Shown here piece by piece: positions 10,859 to 25,405 of a stretch of DNA of 64,000 bases (the stretch's first letter is position 1; each line of letters opens with the position of its first letter). The stretch covers positions 50,096,001-50,160,000 of the forward strand of contig NC_043008.1 in NCBI RefSeq assembly GCF_006345805.1, read 5' to 3'. Position numbers and translations under genes: made by a program. The notes beneath the pieces were generated by a model that had not been told where the DNA came from, searched no databases, and worked only from the letters and a program-made list of their open reading frames with translations. The stretch comes from Octopus sinensis (Eukaryota).

Positions 10859-11539
10859 AGGGCAGTAATTAGAATCAGTGGAGCTTCAAAAAAGTTGCTT
10901 AGTGCTATTTCATTCCAGTTCTTTATCATCAGAGTTCAAATCCCACCAAGGTCACCTTTATCTTTCATCCTTTTGGGTCAATAATATAAAGTGTCAATGG
11001 TAACAACTAACCCCATCTCATCAAAAACTGCCAGACTCCTGCTTAGATTAGAAAACCAAAAAATAGGCAGAATGGTTATAGCTGTTGATGTCGACTTTGC
11101 CGTTCATCCTTTCAGGGTCATTGAAATAAGTATTGGACAAGCATTGGGTGGGGGGTGGGGGTTGATGCAATAACTAGCCCCTTTTCCCACAAAATTTCAG
11201 GCCTTGTGCCTATAGCAGAAAGGATTATTAAAAGCGTCAGTCATCAACCACAGGCATGTATGGCTTAGTCACGTGTACCATGCTTTCATTCATTGTTTTA
11301 GGTATCTGTGTAGTCACAAGCAGACACAGATACTCACTCATTCTTTACACAGCAGCACACCAGAATGTAATAGCTGGGGAGGGGGGAGAAAAAGCTGCAA
11401 CAGCACTCAGCTGGTACTCATTTCCAGTTGAATTGATGAGAATAACATGAAATGAAGTGCCTTGCTCAAGGATACAATGTGCTACACAGTCCAGAAAATG
11501 AATCCATAATATTATGATGATGAGAAAAAACACCCTTAT

Positions 11540-11545
11540 TATTAC

Positions 11546-11579
<34 letters not shown>

Positions 11580-12140
11580 GAGTGAGAAAGCAATGCAAGC
11601 CATCAAGTATACAAAGCCCAGTATATCCATCATGATTACCCATCTGATAAGGGTACACCAGACACATGCATCACAACCATATGTGCGCGACATGGTGATC
11701 TCATATCAAGATAAACTGCACTTGACCTTGCAGGTGGGGCCCAGTTAGAATTTTCTTCAGGTCAAGTAGCCCATCCTACTCAAAAGGCCCTTGAATAGGG
11801 GTTGTTTAAAGATGATGAACAAAACACCCATGTTTCCAGAGGTGAATTATCCAAACCCCAAAGAATTCCTTTCAACACATGGCTATGATGCTCCCCCACA
11901 ACTTCTGCTCGTGATCAGAGATGGACAAATCGTCAGCCACTAAGGTACGCGTTCAACTGGTTAAGGTCAAACAACTGACAAGCAAATCTGTGGTATTGAG
12001 CAGAATATTTGCTGTAGCCCATCTTTTGTACCAAGACAAAACAATGTACATGGTAACACTTCTAATCAGTTAAGATCAAAAGCCATGAGAGCCACAAGCT
12101 GGTACTGCATCAGGGCATAGCTACTGCCTGGTACTGCATC
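11540..12140 (-). mobile_element. Retroposon 3' region, same family as 2148-2668, inverted
   Basis: Direct reverse-complement similarity; (TAT)n tail on the left. Confidence 0.75.
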
Positions 12141-12782
12141 ATTATTATTATTAGCATTGCTATGCTACTGAAGACTGGTCCATGGATTCTGTTGTACCAC
12201 ATTTCTGGCAAATAATATCTGATTTCCTTTCATCCTTCTTTTAACCTTTTTTGGGTTTCCATCAATGCTGAAACGCATTGCTGCTGAGTTTTAATTAAGA
12301 AAGAATTAAGACGGATTTAGTAAGATAACGAACAGAGACAATATAGAGTAAAGAGGATTCCTTAGTCTTATTGAGCAGATGACAACCATTCTAGTGCTGG
12401 TGCCAAGATGCACCCTGTATACTCTGTAAAGTGGCTGGCATTAGGAGGGTTATCCAATTCTAAAAATATACAAAATTGGAAAGTGTAAGTGAAATGTAGT
12501 CCTCTGACCCATTCAAGGGGGCAGGAACTCTAAATGAGAATGGACTCTGAGTATGAAGATCTGTTAATCTCATACAAACATAAAAAAAAAGCAGATGTAA
12601 AATGATGAACTAATTTTTCATTAAGCTGGTGTCTGAAACATCACTAAGCAAAAAGCTGTTATTTTTGCTAAGCAATTAAGACAGCTGTTCGATTTAAATA
12701 TAAGTGGATATCTCAATTACTTGGCATCATTAGAGTAAATGGTGACATTGGAAGATGCCAAACTCATTGTGATCTCCATGAA

Positions 12783-13022
12783 AGGAGTAACCTACTACTA
12801 GATGATGCCAGTGCCGCCTGAATGGTTTCTGTGCTGGTGGCACATAAAAAGCATCCACCACACTCTCAGAGTGGTTGACATTAGGAAGGGCATCCAGCTG
12901 TAGAAACACTACCAGATCAGATTGGAACCTGGTGCAGCCTCCTGGCTTGCCAGTCCTCAGTTGAACCATCCAACCCATGCCAGCATGGAAAGAAGACATT
13001 AAACAACAACGATGATGATGAC
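12783..13022 (+). mobile_element. SINE-like repeat with (GAT)n tail
   Basis: GGAAGGGCATCCAGCTGTAGAAAC...CCAACCCATGCCAGCATGGAAA...GATGATGATG; many copies in the window. Confidence 0.8.
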
Positions 13023-13805
13023 GATATATATATATATATAAATCATCTCAAGACAAATTTGTTATCTAAAAATACATTTTCTACAGTAGTAGGGAATAAA
13101 TGCTTGAACAATATTTTCTCAAGAGTGTCTCAAGTTATTAAATAGAAAGCTGTGCTGAACACAGCCATGACAGCGAAGACTAGACACTTGATACTCAGTG
13201 CAGGAAAAAAAAAAAAAAAAAACTATATATATGTATATATGTCTAAGGCTGCTATGAAGAGTGGAATATGTAATATATTGAGCTACAGTAATCTCTTCCT
13301 TTGACTATAAAATGTAAGAAATAATTCTTCATCTTACACTGGGATTAACAGATCGATAATGGATTTAGCACAGATGATAAAGGACTAGAGAAAAACTCCT
13401 CTAGTTAACATCTGTAAGACCTCATATATTTATGCACACACACACACACACACACACAGATTTAATTCTCTTAGCTAATTAGCAATTTACATATAAAGTC
13501 CACAGAAATTAAACTATGCAGTTATTTAACAGGGAGTCTGCATATATATAAGCTTTTACTTAGCATCCTATCTTGTCAGAACCTGTAACACCTGTAAGAC
13601 AAACTAGGACTGACGTAGAAGCTACACAACCATAGCAGCAATATAGATGAAGCAGGCATAGCTGTGTGGCAAAAAGTTTGCTTCCCAGCCACAGAGTCTT
13701 AGGTTCAGTCCTACAGCATGGTACCTCCAGCAAGTGTTTTCCATTATAGCCTCAGGCCAACCAAAGTGTTTGTGAGTAGATTTGATAGACAGAAACTGAA
13801 AGAAG

Positions 13806-14035
13806 GTGGCGAGCTGGCAGAAACATTAGCACACCGGGTAAAATACTTAGCGGTATTTTGTCTGCCGTTACGTCCTGAGTTCAAATTCCGTCGAGGTCGA
13901 CTTTGCCTTTCATCCTTTCGGGGTCGATTAAATAAGTACCAGTTACGCACTGGGATCGATGTAATCGACTTAATACCTTTGTCTGCCCTTGTTTGTCCCC
14001 TCTGTGTTTAGCCCCTTGTGGGCAATAAAGAAATA
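13806..14035 (+). mobile_element. Long-tail Meta/MESC-like SINE nested in a CORE-like SINE (host ~13655-14355)
   Basis: 15-bp TSD AGAAACTGAAAGAAG at 13791-13805 and 14036-14050. Confidence 0.88.
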
Positions 14036-17000
14036 AGAAACTGAAAGAAGTTCATTGTGAATGTATGTATATATGGATGTGTGCATGCATTTGTGCCTAT
14101 TACTGTTTCCTTGCTTTGACTTGTTGTAACAGTTGTAAATGAGTGTCACCATCACGCAGGCGATGTCCTTCATGTCCAGTCTTCCAGGAGAATAATGTCT
14201 GGCCATGGGGGAAATATTACCTTACTTGGAAACAGGTGAGGGTTGGTGACAGGATGGGCATTGAAAGGGCAGGAAGGGTTGTAGAAAGTCCACCTTAACA
14301 CATTCTGCCTGACCCATGCAAGCATGGAAAAATGAATGTTAAAACAATTATGGAGATGTGATGGCAAGATAGCACTGACTGTCTCAGAACCAGAAATTAA
14401 TATCTCCTTGGCAACAGACAAACCATTGAATTATCATAAAAGACATGTATAATATATTAAAAACAAAAGCTTTTGTTATTTTTCACCAGACACTAGACTT
14501 CAGTTGTATCAAAGTCGACCAACTTAAATCTGGAGGTCAGCTCAGGTCAATCGGGTCAGGTCAGAGCAGGTCAGAATTAATAATGCTGTGAGCTTCAATA
14601 ATATTGCCAACAATGGCAATATTTTTTGTTAGAAATGAAAGAGAGAGACATCTGTTTTAATTATAATACCTTTACTAATTAATACAAATGTTACTCAAAA
14701 GAAAATATCTCTCCCAATAAACCAAGGACTAGATTACCACGACTAATTTTATAATCTAACAAAAGAGCCTCTATGTGGTTGCTCAACCAGCTCATTCCTA
14801 AGTCATATGGACTCGTAGGGCTGATTTACTAGTTCCTGTGGCGTATATATTCCCCCTGGATGGGCTGCCAGTCTGTCATAGGAATACTCACTTTTACCTG
14901 CTGAGTGGACTGGAGCAATGTGAAATTAAGTGTTTTGCTCAAAAACAACACACTACCTGATCCAAGAATCAAAACTAATCTTATGACTGTGAGCCCAACA
15001 CCTTAACCACTAAGCTATGTGCCTTGTGACCACTCAACCAGCTGGAAATTGCAGCCAAAACTCCTTCAAATTACACCCTATAGCCGTAAAGCAGAATTAT
15101 TAAAGCATCTGATAGAATTCAAACTATTTGTTTAGGTTCTCTGTACTGAGTTCAAATCCAGCTGGCATCAGCTTTACTTATCCTTTCAGAGTCGACCAAT
15201 AAATTACTAGCCAAGGAGAGCAGGCTGTTAGAACATCTGACAAGAAGAAGCCTTCTGGTATCTTTCTTGGATCTCTGCATTCTGAGTTAAAACTCTGCCT
15301 TGGTACCACCAGTGGCCATGAAGACCCCCGACTCCAGAACAATATAAATCAGGAACGCTTGCCAAGGATATGACAACCTCTCTAACGCTGGTGCCACAAT
15401 AAAATACACTCGTTACCCTCTGCAAAATGGTTGGTGATAAGAAAGGTATCGAGTTGCAGAAATCATGCAAAATGTGGAATGTATGATGTGGCAAGATGTG
15501 GTGCTCTGGGCTGTTTAGGGGGAATGTAGGTAACCACAAATAAGAACTCATCCAGATCATAACAATCTGTTTAATTTATGCTAGCATGGAAAGCAGACAT
15601 AAAATGATGATTATGATATAATAACTGGATATGTCATGAATAAATATCTATACAAAGTCGTGTCCATATGTAGTTAATGTCACTATTAAATTTCACCCTT
15701 AGTTGGAGTAGAAGCAGATTTTAGCAGCTTGGAATGAATATTGGACTGATAAGTTTTTGCCATCCTAACAACTTAGGATTTTCTTACTCCATACTGCCTT
15801 AAGTATTGAAATGAAGTGGATGATTACTAATGAAAATTGTAAACAATATTGTACTAAGCATAACTCATTCAGATGGTGATGCAAGACTGACAACCAGGCA
15901 CTAATGACTAATGTACCGATACAGTATCAATTATGAATAAATTTGTATTCAGCAGACAGAGAGAGAGAGAGAAAGGGTGATGGAGAGGAACAGAAAGAGA
16001 GAGAATGAAAGAGAAAGACAGCAGAAGAGCTAAGAGATAATATTCCATCTGCTTTTCTATTTTTACAATCTTTTTAAACATTAATACAAATTTTCAGAGA
16101 CAGAGAACAATTTTGAAAAAGGTCAAAAATATGATCATCTTTGAAGTAAAACTTATTTACTTTTAAAAGTCATCTACTTTGCAGTACAAGTCTCACAGAC
16201 ACACAAAATTCATTTGTTTTTACGTTTTTGTAGATTTTTTCATCAGTGGAGTGGAAGAATTCTTCTTTTTTTTTTTAAACAGGCATTATAAATTTGACAA
16301 TAGCATATGTATATATTTGAAAGGAAAAGAGAATAAACTGCCATACAGGAAATTTATAGGAAAAGCTAACACCAATTCAAATTCGTGTGTGTGTGTGTGT
16401 TAGTTTTTTTAACCTTTACCAATTTCTCAAAAATTCCACATAACCTTTTTTCAAAAGTTAAAAGTCAACTAATTTTTTGCCCTTACAAGTTCCTACCATA
16501 CAGTGTGTAATATTTAACATAATGACTTCAAGAATTTAACTTTAGTTTTTAAACTAAGGTACAACAGACAAATTTTACAAAAACAAACAAAAGGAAGGCT
16601 AATTGGGCCTCATCCAAACTGACTGCATATTAAGTTGGAGTTAGAAACACCAGTCACAAATTTATCTATGGCTGATGATTCTAACCCCAAAAAGACCTGA
16701 AGACATGAAAAATAAGCTCAACCAAAATCATCATCATCATCACCATTTAACATGTTTTCCATGCTGGCATGGGTTGGACAGTTTCACAGGAACTGCCTAG
16801 TCAGAGGACTATGCCAAGCTCTACTATCTGCTTCAGTACAGTTTCTACAGCTGAATGCCATTTCTAATGTCAACCACTTCACAGAGTGGACTGGATGCAT
16901 TGTTTTTGTTATTGCTTCCCCCACCCCCACCCCAAAAAATTATGCTGGTGTAGCAATTTCAAATTATCCGAAATCAACTTAGCTTCCAGGAACTAAAAAT

Positions 17001-18180
17001 CCTGTTCAAATTACTCCCAGGGGTTATTTGAAATTGGTTTCATCCTACCTCCTACGATTTCTGATTAGCCCCCCTCAAATCCTTCCCCAAATGTTTGTGC
17101 CCCTACAGTAACAAATAAAAGAATTATTATCATTATTATTATTTGTTTTTTCTGTAACTTATGATTATAATAACTCCCAACAAGAATTTATAAATACCAT
17201 CAGATAAACTTGAGAACATGGGGAAAGTGACATTTAAAGTCATCATCACCATCCTCATCCTTTCGTTTCCATTTTCCATGCTGGCATGGGTTGGATGGTT
17301 TGACCGGAGCTGGCAAGCTGGAGGGCTGCGCCAGCTTCCAGTCTGATTTGGCTCAATTTTTACGGTTAGATGCCCTTCTTAATGCCAACCACTTTGCAGT
17401 GTGTGCTGCGTGCATTTAACATGGCACCATCATGAGCCCTTTTATGTGGAACTGGCACAGGGCTCTGGCAGGTTAATTCTCTTCACCAGGGGGAGTGACC
17501 TTAACGCTTCTACTATGGAGGATGGGTCTTCCTGAGATATCGGTCCTTTGTCATCTCCTCCAGAAGGTTCAGTGTCTTGAGGTCATCCATATAATAAACA
17601 TATTTCATTTGCATTTAAAGTGCCCATGTACTAATATGTTTTTATTTTGCACAATATATATTTCAATCACATTTAAAATGTATAAATGTATTTGTGATGA
17701 CATTTTCTTTTAAATAAATTCAAACTAAAATACTTCTTAGATTATCAGAAAGTAAAGCAAACGAAGATTATCTTTCAGTGTAGGATTTTTTTTAAAATGT
17801 AATCTTGCAGTGAATTACAATTAATCACTTAGCTGAAAAGTTTATTATTATCATTATTATTATTATAAAATCACATTGATTAAAATATGCTAAAACTGGA
17901 GATTTTAAGAATTTTCTAGACGTAGTAAACATTGGAATATTGCTTCCTTTTAGTAAAAGATATGGAATTCAAGCTAATTAATAAGCAGCTTTTCTCTATT
18001 TGAGTATATATTATTTGCATACATACACATTATGTGTGTGTGCATGTGTGTGTTCATATGTGTGTGCAGAGTGTTTGAAGTGGTGCACAGATATTATATA
18101 TTGAGAAAAATAAGGCAGTCAGAATTTTGGATAATTCTTTCATAGAGAATTATCCAAAATTCTGACTGCCTCTTTTTTCG

Positions 18181-18221
<41 letters not shown>

Positions 18222-18229
18222 CATACACA

Positions 18230-18387
18230 CAAGGGGGTGTTGAAAAGTTCCTGGCTTCAAGTAAAAGAAAATACAAGAGGATCAGTTAATTATGATTTTA
18301 TTCAACATAATATTCCCCTCTCAAATTCACACACTTATTGCAGCGGTCCCCCATAAAAGAACTTCAAAAGTTTCCAGCACCCCCTTG
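18230..18387. mobile_element. Mariner-derived MITE
   Basis: TIRs CAAGGGGGTGTTGAAAAGTT / AAGTTTCCAGCACCCCCTTG; homologous to 57687-57906. Confidence 0.75.
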
Positions 18388-18412
18388 TCTATATACAAAC
18401 ACATGTACATAC

Positions 18413-18454
<42 letters not shown>

Positions 18455-21400
18455 CATACATACATACATACATGTAGATATATATACATATATGTGTGCA
18501 TATATATATATATATATATATCCTGCATGATTTATGTTATGTGAATTTCATTCTGCCCATCCAACTAATAAGATTAATTAAGAACAAAGCCATTAGAGAA
18601 GTAAGGTATAAACGGAACAAAGGACGTTATCTGGAGAAATTAGTGAACAGGTAATGAACGGCAAAGCTGATAGTGCCAGTGGTTTAACGAGTAAATTAAT
18701 GATGAAAAGTGAGCAGAGGAAATGTTTGAGTGTTCCACGATAGGACAGCAGAGGCGACTGGGGAGGGGGTCTATTTGGTGGGGGGGTGCAAGAAAAATAA
18801 ACCTGAAACTAAGTAATTAAAAGTGATCTAAGAGAGTTGGGATTTACAGAGGAAATAATTAAAAGAAGCCAGACGAGGTGGGGAAAAGGTGACCGAGTGG
18901 AATTCAGTCCAGATCAAGTTGGTACAAACAGATAACGGAAGAAAATAGATAGACAGTGATCATAAAATGACAAGTTTCAACAACCAAAAAAGTTAAACAG
19001 ATACTTAAAAATAAACACTTATTGTTGCTGTTGTTGTCACTTGTTTTTGTGTCGAGTCAGTCCTGATAGAGCAAAACTATGATCAAAGGAATTCCAGCCA
19101 TGACTGCCCCAACTTCTTTCTTGTATTTTATTTGTTTATTTTTTTACTTTTTTCTTTTTTCTTCCACACATAAGTAGAGACCCCAGAACTGCATTAGGCA
19201 ATGTCTTATTTGGGTTTCTTTTTTTAAACCCTTTTTTAACCCAACCATATCTGACCCAAATATTCTACCTGTTTTATATTCAAACCATTCAGATCCAGCC
19301 TCTCACACCTATCCTACAATGTCATTCTTAAAATAAACAGTCACATCATCATCATCATCAACATCAAAATATCAAAGCTAGAAGATAATGCAGGATTAAT
19401 TCTATACAATTTGAACAAGCATTACATTCGACAGAGCAATCTGAATGTTAAAAGGTTAAGAGAACAAAAAGGATTAGATTTTGGGAAAGAATTGGTTGAT
19501 ATTTCTAATAGGAAGTGCAACCATTTGAGGGCTCCAACAGTATGTATTTAAACGAAGGGCTCCAAATCTGGGGTGTGAGATGGCATGTCACAAGAGGAGA
19601 GTATCTACTTTATTGATATCATTTTAAAAAAAAGTACTTAAATATTCTTAATAAACACACCAACAACTTATTCTTTCTACATCGATTTAAGCCTCAAGAC
19701 CTTATGACCAATAACATTATTCTCATATATGTGTTTATAACATATGAAGCATCAAAAGAGAAAGTTTCACTCTACAGCCAAAGCCATTTGTGGAGGCATG
19801 TGGCTTAGGATTGTGGTTTCAATTCCTGGAGTGAGCGACAGGTTGTGTTCTTGAGCAAAACACTTCATTTCCCGTTGCTCCAGTCCACTAAGCTGGTAAA
19901 AATGAGGAATCCTGCAAGAGACCAGTGTCCATCTGGGGGGGGGGGGGGGTACACAATGGAAACAGAGAAACTGGCCCTTACGAGTCAGTATGACTCAAGA
20001 AGAAAACCCTTTACCTTTACCAGAGCCATTTGCATCATCATTATCATCATTGTTTCAACATCTAGTTTTCCATGCTTGCATTGGGTCAGATGGAATTTAC
20101 TAAGGCAGAGCTGGGTGATCTTCTTGTCATCAACCTTTACCTATTTCCAAGCAAAAAACTATTTTCCTGCAGCCAGACAGGTTACTTTGCAGAATATTAC
20201 AAATGAATGACACTGCCTACGTAACAGTAACACTGATTACAATTATCATCCAATGACACAAACAAACAAACAAACAAACAAACATTGATGGATGGATGTG
20301 TACACACACACACACACAATATACTTTTTTTCAGTTTCCATCAATGACATCCACTTACAAGGATTTGGCTGGCCCAGTGCTATAACAGAAAGCACTTGGT
20401 CAAGGTAGTAAGCAGTAGGACAGAACCAAAAACCATGTGGTTGGGAAACAAACATCTTAACCACACAGCCACACGCCATAAATTATATACACATCTGAAT
20501 TTAGTTCCCTTTCCAGTCAAAGTCAAATCTAGGAATCACCTGACACTACAAGGCACACCTGCAGATTGTAATTCATGTCATGACCAAAAACCAGCAACAA
20601 AGAAGTTATTGAGTTTTATGTTCACACTTTACTATTTACAGTTTTCTCTAATTGCACAATTTACATTTTGCCTTTCAAACACTGAATCAAAACTGCTTTA
20701 CTTTTTTTATCTGTTTTATAGTTATTCACCCACACAACAGTTTGTGGGTCAGTCAAAAAAGCATTAGTTATTAGGAAAATGCCTTCTCATGTGAAGATGA
20801 AAAGACACAACAGACAATGTAATCACTGGTTGATATGCAAAAAAGGATTGAATGGTCGCAGGTGAAACACCTTTGATCATAGGTTTGATGAATCAGCACT
20901 AGCCTAGGGTTGAACAACAACAGCCCCTGATTTCCTATGCAACCGCTGAACCTAGATGCGCATTCATCCATCCATCGATGCTCTCAGTGTCACGGAGTTG
21001 ACCTGCTTTCTCTTCTGTGGGTCTTACAAATAGCAAAGGACCACATTTCGGACTTCTCCCATCTTGTGAGCTCTGAGACGAAGACCGTTCGCTCAACATC
21101 AGCAACAACAACAACAGCAATGTCAACAAGACCAGGATTTCCTCTTCATTGTTTCATTTGACAAATTACTTTGTGCCACCCAACGTTGTCTGTTTTATCT
21201 CATTATATTGATTTCTCCTTTCCTCCATGATGGCATGGCTTAAAATATGGTCCACCTTAGCTGCAACATCTACCAGATTCACCTTACACAATAATTTCTA
21301 CCAACAACTTCTCCCACATCAACTACACAGAAATGTGTGGAATGACATTTAAATCCAAATATGTACTTAGTTAATTAACAAAAAAAAAGAAGAAAAGGTG

Positions 21401-23388
21401 TGGGGGACTTGAAGACACCTTCCAAATCACGACCACATTTTTCAATCTGAATTCATGAGTAGACACTGCAATAAAGATATCATTAAATGTAAGCTTAATT
21501 GATATATCAGTGTTTTAACATTCATCCCTTTTTCATGTTTTGGTGGGTTAGACAGAGTATATTGTGACTGATTTTCTACAGCTTAATGCCTTTCCTGTCA
21601 CCAACCCTCACCTGTTTGCAAGGAGGGTGACATTTTCTCATGGCCAGACAGGATTCTGCAGAACTCTGGAAATGAATGGCACTACTTGTATGATAGTGAC
21701 ACTCATTCACAACTATCACATGATTTCAAGACAAGAACACACACACACACACACACAAGCGTGTGTGTGTGTGTGTGTGATGGGCTTCTTTCAGTTTCTG
21801 TTTACCAAATCCTCTCACAAGGATTTACTCAACCCCAGAGCTATACAAGACACTTGCTCAAGGTGAGTAAATAAGGTGATGATAGAAAATGGCAGGGACA
21901 TAATATTTCTTCATTACCAACTCTCAATTAGCTCTTGATATACAATATACTTTTAACCTTTTACCGTTCATATTATTCTGTCAAAAGAAACACTTATTCA
22001 TTCAAAAAATCTGCATTATCTTTTAGCTTTGAGATTTTGATGGGAGTAACTGTTAATACTTAGAATGATTTTGTAGGGTTGATGTGAGAAGCTAGACTCA
22101 GCTAGTTTGAACAAAAAACAGGTGGAAAATTTTGGCTGGATATGGCCAGTTTAAATGGTAAAGAGTTATAATGGAAATTTTAACAGTTTGAAAATATCTG
22201 TGCAGTAATATCTTAAACAGAACGCTGTTGTTTCCAAACTAACCACATTGTTACATCAAAAAGTTGCCAATCTCTCAGAGGGTACTTGATAAATAATTGG
22301 TACACCAGTGAGACAAGAAAATCGCAGAAATAATAGCTTGCTACCTCTACCCTCATTTCAAACCAGGATATTCTACATCATATACTCCTGGACATAACTG
22401 TTATGAGTCCTAGAACTACACATAAGGACTAGTTATTTGATTTTTATGTTGTATAAGGAACCAAGATCACAACATTCCCCTTAATGGGAAGCCAGTCTGT
22501 CACAAGGTTATTCATCTATGGAATGGAGTGGAGCAACAGGAAATGAAGGGTTTTGCTCAAGAAAACAATGCACCGCTTGGGCTGGGATTCAAAACTATGA
22601 TCTTGCACTCATGAGTGTAACACACTCCCAACAGGGCCACATGACTTCACAGGATATTTCTATAGGGACGAAAAGGGGAAAAAAAAAGGAGAATGAGGAT
22701 TTCAGTGGAGAAGGTGACAACACGTAAGTAGACATTAGCAGACCAAAGCTGACGCAACAGAAAAGACAGAAAGCAGAAGTTCACGAGGAAGAAGAGAACT
22801 GCAGACTGGAGAAGAAAGAAAGAAATGAAATATGAAAGAAAGAAGGCATTTTTTTTTTTTTTGTTTTTTTACAAAATAAAACACAAAACGAACAGACAAA
22901 GAGAAAAATAGAAACCGCAGAGTAAGAGGGAGAAAGTTAGGTGTTTGTAATGAAAAGATGACATTTTGGTCTGAGTACAAAGAAGCACTAAGAACAGAAG
23001 AAAGCCCAAAGACTGCAGCTACTGCCATTGTTGTTGATGTTGTTGTTGTGGTTGTTGAAGTCGGAGCAGTTGATGAAATGTGTTGGCTTAGAAGCAATTA
23101 TACACAGTTGAAACATCATGACAGGTTAGAAAAACAAAGACAGCAATGGAAAACCTGTATGCAGGGAGAAGTCGGCAGGATAATTAATTGAATGCCAGGT
23201 TAGAGAGAAGAGAAGAGAACAAAATAAACGAACCAACAAACAAACAAACTGCTAAACAATTAATAGAGAAACTGCTTTACACCTAACTCTACACATTGTT
23301 ATTTCTCATAGAAATAATATACATATCAAACTCTCTCTCTCTCTCTCTCATATTACAATTTGTCCTTTTTTCTAGCTTTTTTTTTTAC

Positions 23389-23409
23389 CTGTTAATAAGG
23401 TAACATTTT
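23389..23409 (-). CDS. Possible 21-nt cassette microexon ((E)NVTLLT)
   Basis: tattatattcag|AAAATGTTACCTTATTAACAG|gtaaaa; good splice sites and a multiple of 3, but it has a stop in phase 0 so cannot follow exon 1 directly. Confidence 0.2.
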
Positions 23410-23565
23410 CTGAATATAATATAAATGAGGACAACAACATAAATACACACATAATACACAAATGCACGCACACACACACACACATATATACATGTGTATA
23501 GACACACGTGTATGTGTATGTATGTGTGAAGTTCTGAGTAACAGTTTGTGAAATCTTTTCAGTTT

Positions 23566-23603
<38 letters not shown>

Positions 23604-23982
23604 CATACGTTCATATTTATGTATGTGTGCATGTGTTTGTATGTATGTACATATCTACGTGTATATACACACACATGTATATGTATGTATATATATATAT
23701 ATATATGAAGAGCAATTTTTTTATATGAAAAATTACCAATTATTAAAAAAATACATCTTAAAAAAAATACAGAATAACAGAAATATTTTGGAAAGAATGG
23801 TATTTCAAGAGAATCTTTCTCCAAATATTGTGACTGTTTCAAGAATTTTTTTTAAGAACTTTTATAAATACACACACATATCTTTTATTTGTTCCAGTCA
23901 TTGGGCTGCAGCCATATCAGACCACTGCCTTGAAGTCAAAAAAATATACCCAGCACTCATTTTATATATACATGTATGTATG

Positions 23983-24068
<86 letters not shown>

Positions 24069-24527
24069 AAAACAGAGTGATTAGTGAGGGATTATCAGTC
24101 TGGTCATAATACTTTATAAGCTCTCTTTTAGCACACCAGGCCAACAATATTGTTTAGATTAGTAAAGAACTCCGTATATTCTAGTGGTAGGGTCTGAGGT
24201 TATATTTCATCACCATTTTACACTGTAAATTTATAGTTGTGTTCCAGTTACATATATAGTCTTCTAAGAATCCATGACTCAGGAAAAATTGTCACTTGAT
24301 TATTTGTCAATGGTGTGAGTATATTAATCAATCAGTGCATATATTTTCCTTATCTGCCATCTCCAAAAATTGATTGGTCAGATCGGTTGTAATGGATCTA
24401 TAATACTGTATACTTTAAGATATATATAACGTGACCATTGTTAATTACATGGCATTACATACCAAGTATGTAGGTGTTTTTGGAGTGGTTGGTGTTAGGA
24501 AGGTTATCCAGCCGTAGAAACCATGCC

Positions 24528-24759
24528 AGGTGGTGAGCTGGCAGAAACATTAGCACACCAGGCAAAATGCTTAGTGGTATTTCATCTGCCATTATGTTCT
24601 GAGTTCAAATTCCGCTGAGGTCGACTTTGCCTTTCATCCTTTCGGGGTCAATAAATTAAGTACCAGTTACGCACTAGGATCGATGTAATCGACTCGATCC
24701 GTTTGTCTGTCCTTGTTTGTCCCCTCTATGTTTAGCCCCTTGTGGGCAGTAAAGAAATA
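24528..24759 (+). mobile_element. Long-tail SINE nested in a (GAT)n-tail repeat
   Basis: Same family as 13806; degenerate TSD AGAAACCATGCCA / AGATAGCATGCCA. Confidence 0.85.
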
Positions 24760-25405
24760 AGATAGCATGCCAAATCAGACTGGAACCTGGTGCAGCTCTC
24801 CAGCTCACCAGTTCCAGTCAAACTGTCTAACCTAGGCCAGCATGGACAATGGACGTTAGATGATGATGATGATGTGTGTGTGTGTATGTGCTAGTGGGCA
24901 CCCACTGAAAATCCCTGGACGATAAATATTTAGTTTTACTGTAAATTACTAGTAGTAAACTGTACTGAAAGGGTTTGATTGAAATAGATATATGTTTCTC
25001 TTCTTCGTTTTATAAATAATATTCATATTTATTACACTCAGCAAACAGCAAAAGTAAATGACCCTCCATGAAATACAGAGACACACGAAAGCATCATAGC
25101 AGCTAATTACTTTTGATTTCCATATCAATGGGATGGACAGAGAGAGAGAGAGAAGACACAGTTAATTATATATCACCACAATCGTTTTAATGTCCACTTT
25201 TCCATGCTTGCATGGGTCAGATGAAATTTGTTGAGGCAGATTTTTCTACAACCAGATGCCCTTCCTGTCACAAACCCACACCTGTTTCCAAGCAATGTAG
25301 CATTTGCCCATGACCAGACATGTTTTCATGGAAGACTGGAAATGAACAACACTGGTCATTATGTGGTGAAAGACAAACACAAAAATAAATAAATAAATCT
25401 GCTTG

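Noticed and set aside
13338-13384. 47-nt pseudo-exon SFIICAKSIIDLLIP (phase 0->2)
   Set aside because: Good splice sites, but joining it to exon A shifts the frame so that exon B hits a stop; no other support.
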